NCBI RefSeq assembly: GCF_006345805.1
Contig: NC_042999.1
Coordinates: 77,128,001-77,192,000, forward strand
Reading direction: 5' to 3'
DNA length: 64,000 bases
From: Octopus sinensis
Taxonomy: Eukaryota
Positions 12,366 to 25,409 of the stretch are shown here, piece by piece; the stretch's first letter is position 1; each line of letters starts with the position of its first letter. The notes beneath the pieces were generated by a model. That model was not told where the DNA came from and searched no databases. It worked only from the letters and a program-made list of their open reading frames with translations. The translations under genes and the position numbers were made by a program.

Positions 12366-14438
12366 GTGTGTGTATATATACAGACGTGTGTGTCTATGAG
12401 AACCCTTGTCCTTAAATTCACATGATGGTGGTAAATGAGCATCACTGTTACACAAGCAACGTTATTCACTTCTGTGCTTCTGCAGAAAAACACATCTGGT
12501 CATGGGAAATATTAACTAGTTTGCAAACAAGTGAGGGTTGGTGACAAGGATGGCACAGAAAATCTGCCTCAACAAATTCCATCTGACCAATGCAAGCATA
12601 GAAAGGTGGACATATGATGATGATGATGATGATGATTGAAACTGAGTAATCTGAATTCAAGCCAAACTTCTAAAATAGAAATAATGTTTGAAATTTTTAT
12701 GATAATACTAATTGAATTTGTTTTCAAATTACATATTTTACACTTGATATCTACTTTCTTTTGTTTAAGTTCAAATCTGATTTTATTAAAAGGTGTTTCA
12801 GTCATGATCTACTGCATTTCTATTATGACTATTCTCTTTATAAGAATATGACAAATTCTAAATTATTGCCAGATGTTAGACACAGTGGGTGATAGAAGTG
12901 ACAGAGCACCAGACAAAAAAAGAATACCTTGTGATACTTAGTTACATCTCTTTATATTCTGAATTTAACTTGCATCCAGGTTGTCTTTGCTTTTCATCCT
13001 TTCAGGATTGATGAATCAAATGCACACTTCCTCCAAAATTTGTGGCTTTGTTGATATATTAAATCATCATCATCATCATCAATTTTATGTTTGCTTTCTA
13101 TATTTGGATGAGTTGATATACTTCAGTTCTTATTAGCAGCCACTACCTTCACAAACTGTTCTCAGTCCAAATTCTGTTATAGTCAAATTTGCAATCCATC
13201 CTTCTGAGCCTCAGTAACATAAACGCAACTCAAGTATTAGGCTAGAATACTTATGGCCTCATGCCAATGCTTACAACTATCATTATTAGTATGATGATAT
13301 GGCAGAGGTAATAAAACATATGACAAAATGTCTGTGGGATTTAGTTTCATCCCTTTACATTCAGAATTCAAATCCCACCAGAGTTAAGTTTGCCTTTCAT
13401 TCTTTGAGGAACAATAAGTACTAGTCAAGTACTGAAGTCAATTTATTTAACAGACCCACCCACAAAATGTGAGGCTTCGTGCCTATGTAACAAATATGAT
13501 AAATGTTACTATTGGGATAGTAAAATGATAAAAATGTTAGAGTACTTAACTGGATACCTTATAGAAAAGTTGAGGGATAGAAATGGCCTTCTAGTACCCA
13601 ATTGGATGCCTTATAGCAGATCCACCAAACCAATTTTTGCATCATGAACTGGTTTCATGCAAGACAATTTTGTCATTGACCAGAGGATCATGTGCATAAC
13701 AAAATACAATAAATACATATATATTGTATAAATAATACATATAAAATGCAAAAACACCCAGAAGATTGCAATAGTCAATAAAATAGACATAAAATTTTAC
13801 AATTTATTATTTCTGTGTAGCCTGGTACCAAATGATCCACAGCCCAGTACTAGCCTGTGGCTTGATAGTTGGGAACCCCTGCCATACAGAACAGTGGATG
13901 GGTAAAAATATTAAAGAGCTTAACTAGATGTCTTGTACTGTTTACTTGCATTTATTTTCTTTCTTAATTCAAATCTCATGGAGACTTACTTAGCCTTTCA
14001 TATACAAAGACCAATTTAAAAGGCAGTTTCATCCCTCAAAATTTAAGTGCATTTGTCAAAGAAATTATTATTGTTATAGTAATACTGAGTTCAAATTTCA
14101 CCAAGGTTAACTTTGCCTTTCATTCTTTTGGTGTATTTAGAACTACATTATCCAATGTATCAATTTTTAAGACAGTAGAATGTTACCTTACAAAAGTTTG
14201 GCTACTATTTCTAGTAAGCCAAGTTAACATATATAGACTCCATTGTTGGCCCATGGATAAGTAAATAGGTCTTATGACATATATGTCTTCCCAGGGGCAA
14301 TAGTGGAATAACTGAAATAGCTATATCCAAAAATTAAATCAATGTCATATACTTAGATTGCTACTAGTGCTATGGTGTTTGCCACTATAAAATGATTAAG
14401 ATAAAAAGCATTATGGAAGTGCATTTCATATGACCTAC

Positions 14439-14724
14439 CTCTCTGGAGCAATGGGGTGAGATGAGATGCCAGAATCCCTTTGTGCTAGAAACGCTTGCAA
14501 GGTCTGGGTTTCTAGAATTTCCACCAAATCTTCAGCCTGGATAACTTTATTACCAACTTTGCTATCATCATCTAACATCAAGTAGCTGGAGTCAATAGTT
14601 CCCTTTGAACAGTTGTCCACTTGAGTCAGACGTTTTGACGCAAGGGCAGCACTAAGTAATTTGTTGCCATCAAGTGAGCTGGTTTCTACAACAGTTTCAG
14701 CACCAAGAGTATCAGGAACACAAC
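14439..14724 (-). CDS. Uncharacterised 499-aa protein, coding exon 2
   Basis: Acceptor GCATTTTAG| (14726-14725) and donor AG|GTAGGT (14438). 286 nt, phase 1-2. Encodes CVPDTLGAETVVETSSLDGNKLL...HPIAPER. Confidence 0.88.
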
Positions 14725-15976
14725 CTAAAATGCAAAACAATTATATTATATTATAATTATTATCAAATGAATACCAAAAATTGCCATCAATATAGGCACA
14801 GGCATGGCCATGCTTATATTGGTGTGCTTTCCAACCACCTGGTTCAGGTTTCAGTCCCACTGCAAGGCACCTTCAGCTAGTGTCTTCTACTATAGCTGAA
14901 CAAAGCCTTGGGTGGATTTGGTAGACAGAAACTGAAATTTGTTTTTTCAATGCATGACTGAACAAATGACCCTGGAATTAAAGGCACACACCACACACAC
15001 GCAGGACCATATGTATATTGACACTTGTATACTTCATTATTTCTCTGAGACTGCGAAAACTGGTCTTTACGAACAAACAAGAAATGTTCTAAAATGTAAA
15101 TTTTGAACTTAGCTGTAGTTATAAAATTACATCTCACAACAGTTAAAAACATTTCTTCTTTGGCTTTTGAATTATTGCATATATCTTCAAATGCTTTTCA
15201 TTAAATTAAAATTTTTTTCTTTCCTTCTTTTGCCTTTATTTACAATTTTTTTTTTTTACCAAAAAGGCTTCTCTTGTGGTTATTAAGTGCATAGTGCCAA
15301 AAAAAATAAACCCTGGCCAATATCAGCCAAGAGGAAGGGGCTGAGATGAAAAAAAAAATCATAAATTTTCAATAACATTTTTCATAAAAAGTCTACCACC
15401 ACCACCACCACATCACCATGAAGACCTGAGTGGAAAATGAAATTGGAAAAATCCCCATCAAAACGGAGAAAATTAAACTTATATGGGGATCCTGATCTGA
15501 AACTCCACCTCAATTTCTTCTCTTTAACTGCATGATGCGTAAATATATTGATTTTCATTGTTTATCTACAAATTCAGACATTGAAAGTATATAGAGCAGA
15601 AATAATAAAGACACAAAAAGGTTACAATATTTCATTTTAATGGTTGTCAAACCATTTCTTGAAGGTAAAAATATCTCAGTAGATAATGTTCCAAATTTTG
15701 TTTTTTATCTCCTGCATAAAAAGTGATAATATATAGTTGTGAAGGTGAATAATACTATTTATCTGGTTTTAAGTTATATCAACCATTCAACCAGCATGGT
15801 TAAACAGTAACTAAAATATTATTTTAAAAATACATAATCCAAGTATATTTATCCTAGTAATCCTAATAATGTATTTGTATTTATGTATAGAAAATTGTAT
15901 ATGTTCATTTTTTCCAATGAGAGGTATTTTTAATTAAGTTTTAAATTTTAATATCTGGAATATTACCCCTAACAGC

Positions 15977-18900
15977 ATGGAAAAGAAAATGCATACATGT
16001 GGTTCACTGAAATGCAAAGAGCAACAAGAAGCAGACAGGCAGGAAACAGCCAAGTGGTGCAGATGTATTACAGATTTTATAATACCACAACCACCATCCA
16101 CACCAATGTCCAGTTCTGCAACAAATAACCAAGAAGCAAGAAACAATACTCATGGTGATGATGCAGTGACATGTGAATTGCAAGAACAAGGAAGAGTTAC
16201 TTTGAATGTAGAGAGAAATACAAGTGCATCCTTTCCAAATCAACCCAGTTCCAGTACTATTTCTAGCTCCATTGTTCCAGTATCTGTACTACCTGTAGTT
16301 GCAACGTCTGAGGACATAGCTTCATCTAGTGACAGGGAATCAGATATTATTTCAAGCATAAATGACTTGGTTTCTGAAGCACGTCCTGTAACTGAATCTA
16401 CACAAGAAAATGAAAGATCAACTACTGGATTCTTCCAATATCAATCACAAGCAATTCTGAAACAGTTTTTTTGTTGAACATCTATTTCAGCCACTTGATG
16501 ATCTACCATTTCATGCTCATCTGTATGAGAGGAAAATTACGAATGGTTCAATCCTAAGAAAATGGCTAACATATAACAAAGAAAATATATACTTATAATG
16601 TTCATACTGCATAGCCTTTGAGTCTTCCAACACTTGTAATCTTCACCCTTTGTATGTGGTTTTAGTGACTACAGTCATATTAGCCAGAGCTTGGCTTTAC
16701 ACAAATCAACAACAACACATGTTAGAAATGCTCAGCAATATATCAGTGTGGTTAATGATGGCACCATAGAAAATCTTTTGGCAGCATCATTAATTAAAAG
16801 GAAAGAAGTATTGAAGCAGAGAAGTATTGTCATGAGGATTATAGACATCATAAAGATGTTAAACAAGCAAACACTTCCTTTTCGAGGTCACAGAAACGAA
16901 TCAGCCTACACTCTGGATAATGAGGTTCTGAATCATGGCAATGTTTTAGCTACAGTGAAGTTGATGGCAAAATATGATACCATTATGGCAGTTCACGTTT
17001 CTGCAGTGCAAAATAAGTCCAAACAAAGACTCAAATGATTAGAACCACAAGGAAAGGCTTGAAGTAATGGCCATGGTGGACTTGTTACATACCTGAGTAA
17101 AACAACTATCAATATATTAATCCAAATTATGAAGAATATGATACAAGAAAGAATTGGTCATGAAGTTTCCCAAGCAATATATTATTCTATTCAAGTTGAT
17201 TCAACAAGATAATTCATCCATCAATCAGTTTAGCATTATTATTCGGTATGTGCTTAAAGGTGTTATCAGCAAGTGACTACTTTCAGTTATGCCAAGTAAT
17301 GATGGTACTGGACAGGGACTTTTTGACCTATTGACTGAAATGTTATGGCATCTTAGAATTGACCCCAAAAAATGTTTATCTGATACTACAGATGGCACTG
17401 CAAGCTACCATGGGCAGCATAATGGTTTACAAAGTAAAATTGCTGCTGTGGCAGATCAACATGTTCATATATGATGCTGTGCCCATGTCTTGAATTTGGT
17501 GATAACTGAGACAACAAAATGTTGTGTACCTAAAGTTTCTTTTTTCAATTTGCTCCAGAATTTAGCAACTTTTGTGAAAATATCATATAAGAGAATGGCT
17601 GTATGGATAGAAGTTGTTGGAAAATATCTAGGACAAGAAAAAATGAAACAACTGAAGCTAATTGGTGAGACCAGATGGACAAGAAAATCCAACACAGCAA
17701 CAACTATATTGGAACGTTTTGATGATGCCAATGTCAGTACTTTTGTAAATCTATTGACATGCTTATCAATGATACAAGATTCAGACTAGTTTGATGCCAA
17801 AACAAAACATGAATATTTTACTTCGAAGTCTTCTAAAGTTTGAAACCATATTGACAGCAATTACATATCATCATCACCCCTCTCTCTCTCTCGGAGAGGC
17901 ACAAGCACCTACACACATATATACACACACGGCAGTAACTTCCACCTACCAAATTCAATCACAAAGCTTTGGTTGGCCTGGGACTATAGCAGAAGACACT
18001 TGCCTAAAGTGCCATGCAGTGGGACTGAACCCAAAACCATGTAGCTGGGAAGCAAGCTTCAGCCACACAGCCATGCCCGCACCTACAGACATACTTGTAT
18101 ATATTTGAAACTATAGCCCTGTTATCAAGTTATCTACAGACAAGTGGGTTAGATATGTTAACTGCATGGGGTTTAGTAGATTCAGCTACAACAAAGTTGA
18201 AGGAACAGACAAGAACATTTGATACTGTTCACAGCAAGGCTTTGGAATTTCACAGATGAATATGGATGAAAATCAAACATTGGAAATTGACGCTTGGGAA
18301 ACAGTGTTGCCAGTTAAAAGGCAGAGGAAGAAGAAAAGAATGGCAGATGAGCTGGTTAATGACAAAGAAAGTTTCTCAGATTCTCTAGCTGATTTTTTGA
18401 GTAAATGTGTTAAACCTAATAATGGATTGCATTATCAAGTCACTAGAATCAAAATTTGTACAGCACAAACAGTTGTATGAAGATTTATCCTGCTTGAATC
18501 CAGCTAAGTTTAAAACTATCACAGAGAAGGGCCTTGAAGTTGAAGCACTAGAAGGTATTATTAAGTTGTTTCCACAAATCAGCAAAGATCAAATAATATT
18601 GGAATTGTCTTCTTTTGCTTCAAATTTTGATTTATTAAAACTATTGTTTAACAATGGTGAGAATATGGGTTCCAGTTGCAACAACTGTAAAATTTGCAGT
18701 ACTTACCCACTGTGTATACTAAAAATTCTGGTATCCAACAGACTTCATGACAAGGCATATAATAACCTTTATAAACTTTATAAAATCATCTGCACACTAT
18801 CAGTTACCTAAGTCCAATGTAAGAGTACATTTTCAAAGCTAAAGATCATAAAGACAAAGATAAGAAGTTCACTGTCTGAGGAGAACTTGGAAGCATACAA

Positions 18901-18990
18901 GTTGCTAGCCACTGAAAATGAATTGTAAGATGAATTGGATTCAGAAGCAATTATTAATACATTCACACAATCATTTAGTGAACTCAAATG
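15977..18990 (+). pseudogene. Decayed hAT-superfamily transposase (ZMYM1/ZNF862-like type), intronic and antisense to the host gene
   Basis: Fragments occur in canonical order: DUF4371-like LPFRGHRNES...NHGN, VDST, CAHVLNLVI, IGETRW, and a C-terminal dimerisation motif (TLSVT*VQCKSTFSKLKIIKTKIRSSLSEENL). Many stops and frameshifts; a SINE interrupts at ~17870-18090. A possible right TIR CAGTGGCAGAC (-) ends at 19827; no left TIR was found. Confidence 0.85.
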
Positions 18991-19846
18991 ATTGCTCTTA
19001 ATATAGAGGATTGTAATACAAGTTTTGTACATTTGATCTATCTGTTAATGTGTAAAGTGTGCAGTACAAGTAAGCTATTTTAAAATATCCACTAATTATT
19101 TAAAACTTTAAGAAAGTGGTACATGTGTAATATATACTGCTATTTTGAAAATGTTATAAGGGTTTTATAAAAAAAAAAGTAATGGCAAGAGCAGGGAAAA
19201 AGAATAATAGAAGAAAGTAAAATACTAAAAATTGAAGAAATCAAAATCATGTAAATTTATCCTTTATTTTTTAGATAGGCTGGAGCAATTGAAGCAGTAG
19301 TGATAGGATTCTTGGCATATGTACATTTAATTAAAAACAATATATGAACAGGTTGTTTGAAAGAAATCTCTTTCGTAAAGAGCAAACAAACAAATGATGT
19401 ATACGTATGAATACGTGGTATTGGCTACAATGCCGTGATTTTCATAAGAAAATATAGCTATTTCTTTGACAGTAAAAAGTCATCATTAAAAATAATGAAA
19501 TTGATTTATAGACTTATTGGTCTTTATTTTCAGTTTGGTTAAACATTATCAAAATAACAGTACACATCCAAAATAAACAGCATACTATATATTCATCAAA
19601 GTATTTATTTAAAAATTCAATCTGAATTTACAATTGGTATTACTGTATACTGCCAGTAATATGTACAATACATGTACATTGTAATTATTGAAAAATATGC
19701 ATAAATTGCACCTTTTTGTTTCCGCTTATGGATTTTTAAAAAAATTTATTTATTTGTTATAAAAATTAAATTATAGCATTGTAGTTGTAGGTGGGCAACC
19801 AATATCTTTAGACACAGTCTGCCACTGTGTATATATATAATATATA

Positions 19847-19888
<42 letters not shown>

Positions 19889-19889
<1 letters not shown>

Positions 19890-20062
19890 CACTACACTCT
19901 CGGAGCGGTTGGCGTTAGGAAGGGCATCCAGCTGTAGAAACTCTGTCAGATCAAGATTGGAGCCTGATGCAGCCATCTGGTTCACCAGCCCTCAGTCAAA
20001 TCATCCAACCCATGCTAGCATGGAAAACGGATGTTAAACGATGATGATGATGATGATGATGA
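19889..20062 (+). mobile_element. RTE-LINE 3'-end copy with (GAT)n tail
   Basis: Family block ending CCATGCTAGCATGGAAAACGGATGTTAAAC(GAT)n. Near-identical copies at ~20514-20697 and ~2030-2212. Confidence 0.85.
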
Positions 20063-20072
20063 TATATATATG

Positions 20073-20102
20073 TTAGGGTTAGGGTTAGGGTTAGGGTTAG
20101 GG
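20073..20102 (+). repeat. Interstitial telomeric repeat (TTAGGG)5
   Basis: Five perfect TTAGGG units directly after the (GAT)n-(AT)n tail of an RTE copy. Confidence 0.9.
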
Positions 20103-21210
20103 TTGATAATGAAACAATGGAAATAAATGTAGAGAAACTGAAGTATCATTATCATCATCATTTAATGTCTACCTTCCATGCTAGCATGGTTTAGAAAGAA
20201 ATAAGCTGATCCAAAAGTATTCAATTTAAAGACTGAGTGAAATTGTTATTTATCCCCATGTTGACCCTTAATAAACAGGCCTATGATCAAAAGCTTTCCA
20301 GCCATGACTATTCCCATTTTTTGTGTAAATTTAGAACCCCGTTATCTGTGTTCTTCCATTTTTAGACAGTAGATGGTGATTTGAGGGAGATTTGGTTGCT
20401 AGTTCAAGCAAGTTGAGCAACCACATAGAGGCTGAATTCTAGTTGGCTCGATCGAACAAAATGGATGTAGATGATAATGACAACAACAATGATGATGACT
20501 GACACAACATGCTGGGCACGTAAAAAGCACCCACTACACTCTTGGAGTGGTTGGCGTTAGGAAGGGCATCCAGCTATAGAAACTCTGCCAGATCAAGATT
20601 GGAGCCTGGTGCAGCCATCTGGTTCACCAGCCCTCAGTCAAAACCGTCCAACCCATGCTAGCATGGAAAGTGGACGTTAAACGATGATGATGATGAAGAA
20701 GAAGACCACAGCCACATATAACTGAATCAACACTTAAAATCTATACACATACCAGAAGGAAATATTCCTTTATCACTATTCTTCTATCAGTGTAGGGGAA
20801 TAATCAGGAAGAGTTCAGTACCTTGTCCAAAGAACTATACCATTTCAATAGCTTTGTATGTGCTCCCGACTCATCTAATCAACCACTGAAAACTATGTCT
20901 TGCTTCTAAATTCACAAATGATCAAAACTTATTGTTCAGTTACTTTTCAAGCCATAGGCTGGACTTAAACCATTATGAGACGGAGATAAATTTTATCCTA
21001 TTGATCAATATCAAACCAATCAGCAATTATGACCACCAATCCCAATGGTAATTATCTTGTCCACTATGGCAGAAAACAGAATCAGAAGAATGGTTTGTAA
21101 ACTTGTACAATCAGCCAAAAGCTTCCAACCCAAAACTCTAACCAGGCTATTTTAAAAGTTTCACAATCCAGAACCAGGTACTTCAGTTTAGCCATGACTT
21201 GCTATCTTAG

Positions 21211-21431
21211 TTAACCCTTTAACATTTAAACTGGTCATATCCAGCCAAAATATTCTACCTGTTTTATGTTCAAACCAGCCAGATCTGGCCTCTCCTACAA
21301 TGTCCTTATAAAATGTAAACAATCATATCATTGAAATCTACAAGGTCTACAAGTTAATGCATGATAATTCAGAACAATGTACATAAATAAGCATTGCATT
21401 TGATAGAATAACCCCAATGCTATAGGATTAA
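21211..21431. mobile_element. TTAA-flanked MITE (piggyBac-like ends)
   Basis: TTAACCCTTTAACATT ... AATGCTATAGGATTAA terminal inverted repeats. A related copy ends AATGCTAAAGGGTTAA at ~23707 and a partial one lies at ~21510-21610. Confidence 0.65.
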
Positions 21432-22335
21432 TCTAGTTATCTTCAAAATTTGGATAAGTAATACATCTAATCAATAAAGGATATAGATTTACAGTTTTAT
21501 TTTGAAACTGGTCAGATCCAGACTCTCACACCTACTCTACAATGTCATTCTAAAAATAAACAATCACATCATCAAAATCTCAAGGTTATGAGAAAATACA
21601 TGATTAATTTTTAAAGGGTCAATTTGTCTGGCCAAAGAAAATGAAAAATAAATAACCCAAATTCAAAACTTCAGTATTGAAATTGTCCATATCCAGCCAA
21701 TATAAATATTTCTATTTCTTCAAACATGCCACCATACCTCACCTTATTGTCAGCTTACTTACAGGACAAAGATACCAACCCACCATCACCATCTACTTCA
21801 AATCTTACAGAAAGCCATGTATTTTCTTTTCTTATTTCATCATTCATATATAAACAGAACAATGCACAGAAAGAAAAGTCACCTTTTCTATCAGTAAACT
21901 ATTGGTATTATGAATGCTAAAATGGATCAATAACATTGTTGTCAATAGTAATTAATTCCTGTAGCAATGATAGTAATCTAAAGATAAGCCCTTGCTGAGT
22001 CATACCTACAACTTGATTTCAATTGCTACTTTCATTTCATTCCACTAGCATACCCAATATTTTTGAAAAAAATGTAAATGAAATACAATCTCATTTCAAC
22101 CCATTATAGAGATGAAGAAATACTATTTTTACAACTGGTATAAACTTCCTAATATATCAATTAAACAGTGATAGAGCAACCATGGTATCTATCTTTCACA
22201 GAGGTAGCATGAGGACAATTAGGCAATGTGAATGCTTAACTATTAAGTCTGTGGAATACCACTCTGAGTGCACAGCTTTCAAACCACATGTAGAAAATGT
22301 AATGAATAATGAATTATAAAGAAAAATTTACTTAC

Positions 22336-22828
22336 TTTTGTTATCCGTGAAATCTCGGTCATTAATAGTGGTAACATCCAGATCACTGCAAGAACTGTCT
22401 GTCCTCAGCAAACCACTGGACATTTCATGACTAGCTAAATGGTCAATGCCTATAATGGCATGAGCAGGAGATGGTGAGGATGTGTGATGAGCAGCAGTAA
22501 ACAATGTGGCAGTTGTCGAGGGTACTTGATTATGACTGACCTCCACTAAGTGGGACTGAATAGAGTTGCTTTGCTGATGAGGAGCCAGTGGGTCTTGGTG
22601 GCAGTCAGCATGTTTATCATCTTCATCTTCATTGGCCAGGCCAACTCGATAATCAGCAAAAGCTGGTGGCATGATTACTGATGAGTAACTAATCAATTCT
22701 GTAGTGTCTGCTCTGTTGACACGCTCTTTTGAGCTCAGCTGAGTTTTCTCAACAGTGAACAGAGATGGCAAGTAACCCACACTGTGTCTAACATCAGTCA
22801 CTTCTCTCTTTCTACATGTTGCCATCAT
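22336..22828 (-). CDS. Uncharacterised 499-aa protein, first coding exon (exon begins at 22884)
   Basis: Acceptor TCTCTACAG| (22886-22885). In-frame TAA TGA lie upstream; ATG ATG at 22828; donor A|GTAAGT (22335), phase 1. The four coding exons total 1500 nt, i.e. 499 aa plus stop, with all phases compatible. Confidence 0.82.
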
Positions 22829-24049
22829 ACACTCGAACAATCATTATTTTCCTATTTTACTCTTAAGGGATCTCATCAACATGGCTGTAGAGAAAAAGCA
22901 AAAAGAGTACTGGTAAATAAACATTAACACCACAAATTAAACAAGAAAAATCAAAAAGTATACTACATGCAGGACTATATCAACATTATCGTCTTAGTTT
23001 TTAACACTGTTATGTATGGTTTCAGTGAGATTTGGTTGTTGTTTCTAGCTGATTAAGTGACTATGAGGTTCCTCATTGACTCTAAAAGAAGATATTTATT
23101 GCTGATCAAGTTGATAGGATACAAAAAAAAAAAGAAAAATCAACATTATCTATCTCATCAGTGGTGCTGACACTTATACCACATGCAAAGAAACTTAACT
23201 CTTAAAAGCCCAATATACCAGACAGAAAACAGAAATAATGGAAAGTAAAGTTTACTCTTACAAGTGGTGTGAAGAGGAATTTGTGATCAAAATGTTTCAA
23301 AGCACAGTGAAATTATTTTAGTTTCTTTAGCGTTTTACCAGTTAAAGATATCTTCAACTGTGTTCCAGCATCCCAATGTGTTATGTCATTATTTTAGATC
23401 TAAACACTTGAAATCAAAAAATTAAATTAAAAAAGGACATCTTCTATACAAAATGCTTTCATAAACACTCTTAAATTCCTCAACTCTTTCGCATTTATAC
23501 TGGCCATATCAGGATCAAATACTTTTCTTCTTTTATGTTCAAACTGGCCATATCCAGCCTATCAAACCTACCCTACAATGTCATTCTAAAAATACACAAT
23601 TATATCATTGAAATCTCCAAGTTATGAGATAATGCATGATTAATTCAAAACAATGTGAATCAATAAGTACTACATTTGACAGAGTAATTTCAATGCTAAA
23701 GGGTTAATGTAAAAAGTCTACTAAGCAATGTATTATTACAATTACAAAATATTTAAATATAATCCATAACTTTTTATAATCCTCTTTTTGGTTATCTCTA
23801 GAGGAAGCTGAAAATATTTCACAACTTGTGAATGATAAGCTTAACATTGTATGTACTATTCTATATTATCATTAAAGACCCTCATGCGATGGCAAAGTTT
23901 ATCAAGGAGATTGGAAACTATAGTTCAGTACTAAGTGATTCCCCATCACTTTCATCAGGCATATAGTGGGTCTTGAACTTAGTACAAGGTAACAAAATAA
24001 TTATTAGTTACCCAGTATTTCCACTCCTTACAGCAGTAACTTGCACTTA

Positions 24050-24590
24050 TATAATAATAATGAAATTATTGTATACAGTGCTCAGGTGCACCACAATTTG
24101 TCAAAAGTGCGTATAAAGCATATGCAGTAATGTACAAATGTCTGGAAAGCGAACAGTGTATGAGTCAGATACATGCTTGCACGTGTATGGAGGGGAGAAA
24201 ATCAAGTGTAGTGTTGGCGAATCTCAGGAAGCATGGAAGTTTTCAAGGATGCAGTGCTCCGACAACTAACAACTGATGCCGGCAGTTTGTTCTATGCTTC
24301 AGCAACTCTTAGCGTGAAAAAATGTTTCCGAAAATCATGGGAGCTATGCTGTTTTCTGACTTTGTAAACACGTCCACAGGTGTTAGACAGGTGGAGTTTG
24401 AAAAGGTGCTCAGAGTTATTGTTAGTAAGATGGTTAATAATTTTATGGGTGTCTGCCAAGTCAGCTGCCAGACGGAGTTTCAAAGTATCCATACCCAGGG
24501 AAGTAAGGCGTTCAGAATACGGCAAATGCCTGATGGATATGCAGTAATCTATTTGCAAACAAGTTGACTGGATCTGTGATAAGTTAAATA
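24050..24590 (-). mobile_element. CR1-clade LINE 3' fragment
   Basis: YSERLTSLGMDTLKLRLAADL...HKII...RKHFFTLRVAEA*NKLP is the typical CR1 ORF2 C-terminus, followed by a (TAT)n tail. A related remnant lies at ~38270-38370. Confidence 0.8.
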
Positions 24591-25310
24591 TTTTGGGCAT
24601 GAACACTACAAATGATGGAGCATGGAACCATCAAACTCATACTGATTAATGCTGACTTATATTCTCAATAGAAGTTTTAAATTTGCATGGACCCACAAAG
24701 CATTGAGGAAGGTGAATTTGATTTAACTAACAACAGTATTATACTAGGCAATGATTTATTGAAATCTGAAGGATGTAAGGATTTGAAATAAGAAAAGTAA
24801 AGGGCTCTCATTCTTAAAGCATTGCTGACTGAAGGATACACATATTCAAACAACAGAATTTTGAATAAGGTAGACAGAACCAACAAGACACAGCCTAGAA
24901 AAACATGACAATAATAATAATGGTTTCAAATTTTAACATTTTGGGGGAAGGGATGACTCAGTTACATTGCCCCCAGTATTTCACCAGTACTTAATTTATT
25001 GATCCTGAAAGGATGAAAGGCAAAGTCAACCTTGGCAGAATTTGAACTCAGAACATAGCAACAGGTGAAATATCACTAGGCACTTCATCCAGTATGCTAA
25101 CAATTATGCCATATCACCAACTTAAAGACAATAATAATAATGGCAGCAGCATAAAAAGGGAAATAATTTCGATTAGCTATAGATGAAAATTATGATAACA
25201 ATGATACTAACAATGTCAAAAATATTAGAAATGTCAAATAAGTCTAAGAGAGAGAGAAGGAAAATAAATTAACTTTAACTAAATATAAAATATATGTGAT
25301 TATGTCTTAC

Positions 25311-25409
25311 CTATGCTGTATATGTAGCTGGTCCCTATGGGAGAACTAGCCACATTGAAACCCCTATTACAAAGCAGCATGCCCACATACAAACTGGTGG
25401 TCAATACAC
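25311..25409 (-). other. 99-nt leader (5'UTR) exon of the minus-strand gene, containing uORF starts
   Basis: Strong acceptor TTTTTACTGTTACAG| (25411-25410) and donor AG|GTAAGA (25310). It splices to 22884 and keeps a uORF in frame. Confidence 0.65.
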
